Source: Methanocellales archaeon (GTDB lineage Archaea > Halobacteriota > UBA148). Taken from it: a stretch of 64,000 nucleotides of DNA. Location of the stretch: contig JASEEV010000001.1 of the NCBI GenBank assembly GCA_030019435.1, forward strand, positions 28,064-92,063, in the 5' to 3' direction. Under the pieces are notes generated by a model that was not told the DNA's origin, made no database searches, and worked only from the letters and a program-made list of their open reading frames with translations. A program made the position numbers and the translations under genes. Shown here piece by piece: positions 62,737 to 64,000 of this stretch (position 1 is its first letter; each line of letters starts with the position of its first letter).

Positions 62737-63542
62737 ATCGATGCCTCTACTCTTTCAACATCCATGCTAGCGGAAACGACGCTAGCCAGCCTATCGATCT
62801 CGTCATCTGATTCATCTATGCTCTCTTCATCACACTCCTCTCCATCAAAGGAATCTTCTACTGGAAGGCGTAAATTCTCCATATGTGGAATCACGCCGAG
62901 AACTGGTTTGCCAACGATCCTCTCAAGATCGCTTACATCAAGCGATTCGCCACGAAATTTGTTGATTATAATCCCGCTGTACAATTCCCTCTCATTCTCC
63001 AAGAGGCTCAACGTGCCGAATAAATATGCAAGCGGGCTGCCGTACTCGATATTATGGACAAGTATGCATTTTGCCCCCACCAATTTTGCTGGATACACGT
63101 TCACTATATCGTGTTGTAGGATATTGATCTCGGCTGGGCTGCCAGCCCCTTCCATGATGACCAGATCGTATTCTGATGCCAGATGTCTGAGGGATATCTC
63201 AACGATCCTCCGTCCATGTCTCTCGACAAACTCATGATATTCGCCAACGTTCATGTCGGCGTAAGCTCTGCCATATACGATCACCTGCGAAACATGCTCT
63301 GCTTTTGGCTTCAATAATATCGGATTCATCTCAGCAGTGGGCTCAATCCTAGCGGCATGTGCCTGCAATGCTTGCGCTCTGGCGATCTCCCCCTCTGGGA
63401 TGACATATGAGTTGAGCGACATGTTCTGAGCCTTGAAAGGAGCCACGCTGTATTCCTTGTCAGCAAATATTCTACAGAGAGCGGTCGCTATAATCGTCTT
63501 TCCTGCGCTCGATGTCGTCCCATGGATTGCCATCGCTGGCAT
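62733..63542 (-). CDS. CobQ N-terminal-domain-like ATPase lacking the glutamine amidotransferase domain
   Basis: IHGTTSSAGKTIIATALCRIFADKEYSVAPFKAQNMSLNS matches the N-terminus of cobyric acid synthase closely. Protein is 269 aa with an acidic tail and no GATase Cys/His region. Confidence 0.55.
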   Translation of the reverse strand: MPAMAIHGTTSSAGKTIIATALCRIFADKEYSVAPFKAQNMSLNSYVIPEGEIARAQALQAHAARIEPTAEMNPILLKPKAEHVSQVIVYGRAYADMNVGEYHEFVERHGRRIVEISLRHLASEYDLVIMEGAGSPAEINILQHDIVNVYPAKLVGAKCILVHNIEYGSPLAYLFGTLSLLENERELYSGIIINKFRGESLDVSDLERIVGKPVLGVIPHMENLRLPVEDSFDGEECDEESIDESDDEIDRLASVVSASMDVERVEASI

Positions 63543-63620
63543 CGCTATGGTATAGGACGATAACCTATATAAAGGTGGTTAACTTAACCAGCTTGATGGA
63601 TATATTAACCAAGGTGTGAT

Positions 63621-64000
63621 CATGGACTGGAAGAAGGTCGGGGCAATCTTGGTGATTGCATTTCTCATAGCATTCAGTGGTTGCATCGAATTACCACCGA
63701 AGGTAGAAGAGCGTCCATTAACCATTACAGACGATTTAGGAAGAGATGTGGCTATACATAAAGAGCTGAATAGAATTGTCTCTCTAGCACCCAGCAATAC
63801 CGAGATACTTTTCGCCCTCGGGTTGGGAGATAAGGTTGTGGGTGTAACAGAATATTGTGATTATCCTCCAGAGGCTCTGCAAAAAGAGAAGATCGGCGGT
63901 TTTGTTACCGTTAGTATTGAGAGAGTTGTTGATCTAAATCCAGATTTGGTTTTGGCTGATGCCCACTACCATCGAACGCTTGTGGAAGAATTGGAAAAAC
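63621..64000 (+). CDS. ABC transporter periplasmic substrate-binding lipoprotein, BtuF/FepB-like (5' part, runs off the window)
   Basis: ATG at 63621 after an AGGTG RBS. Signal peptide with lipobox FSGC, then [35 protein letters not shown] typical of cobalamin/siderophore-binding proteins. No stop before the window end. Confidence 0.65.

Noticed and set aside
63543-63621. Possible cobalamin riboswitch upstream of the BtuF-like gene
   Set aside because: The leader is only about 78 nt and contains a TATA-like box (CTATATAAA) and a GGTTAA-C-TTAACC palindrome but none of the conserved B12-box sequence. It is more likely a promoter/operator.

Overview
This window reads as a chromosomal segment from a euryarchaeon of the methanogen/Archaeoglobi-type lineage; no bacterial or eukaryotic features were seen. 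The lineage call rests on gene content read directly from the ORF translations: SepCysS, beta-RFAP synthase (methanopterin), MfnA-type decarboxylase (methanofuran), a Vho/Vht-type membrane [NiFe] hydrogenase with cytochrome b, an rnfCDGEAB operon, an archaeal cobamide salvage cluster (cobY-cobS-cobZ-cbiB-cobD), a PGF-CTERM tail, PAN, Cdc48, aIF2beta, RpoL/Csl4, MBF1, and intron-containing tRNAs. Most of the window is core metabolism and information processing: argD, hisC, pyrDK, valS, serA, guaB, trpB2, tmk, ppsA, pdaD and two nucleoside phosphorylases. Against that background several accessory or unusual elements stand out. (1) A roughly 3.5 kb cassette island at 10.6-14.1 kb lies 1.5 kb from a tRNA-Gly. 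It holds a truncated restriction-enzyme N-terminal fragment, a 393-aa PD-(D/E)xK-like protein of unknown function, a translationally coupled small-protein/retropepsin-like aspartic protease pair, and a VapBC module, with the cassettes separated by three copies of a 20-bp palindromic repeat. (2) An intein of about 418 aa with a LAGLIDADG homing endonuclease interrupts ppsA next to the catalytic histidine motif. (3) An initiator tRNA-Met carries a hairpin-rich intron of about 123 nt. (4) Unusual fusions are an aIF2beta-TRAM and a wHTH-HisI. (5) There is an AbiEi/AbiEii-like pair, and small PD-(D/E)xK proteins in AT-rich patches. (6) The Rnf operon is followed by apbE but has no adjacent multiheme cytochrome gene. 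(7) CobD has a Cys-rich C-terminal extension and sits next to two tandem CobQ-N-domain-like ATPases that lack a glutaminase domain. (8) A Roadblock/LC7-V4R-containing four-gene operon has no assigned function. No CRISPR array, rRNA, integrase or transposase was recognised. Coordinates I derived by hand (tRNAs, intein, repeats) may be off by 1-2 nt.
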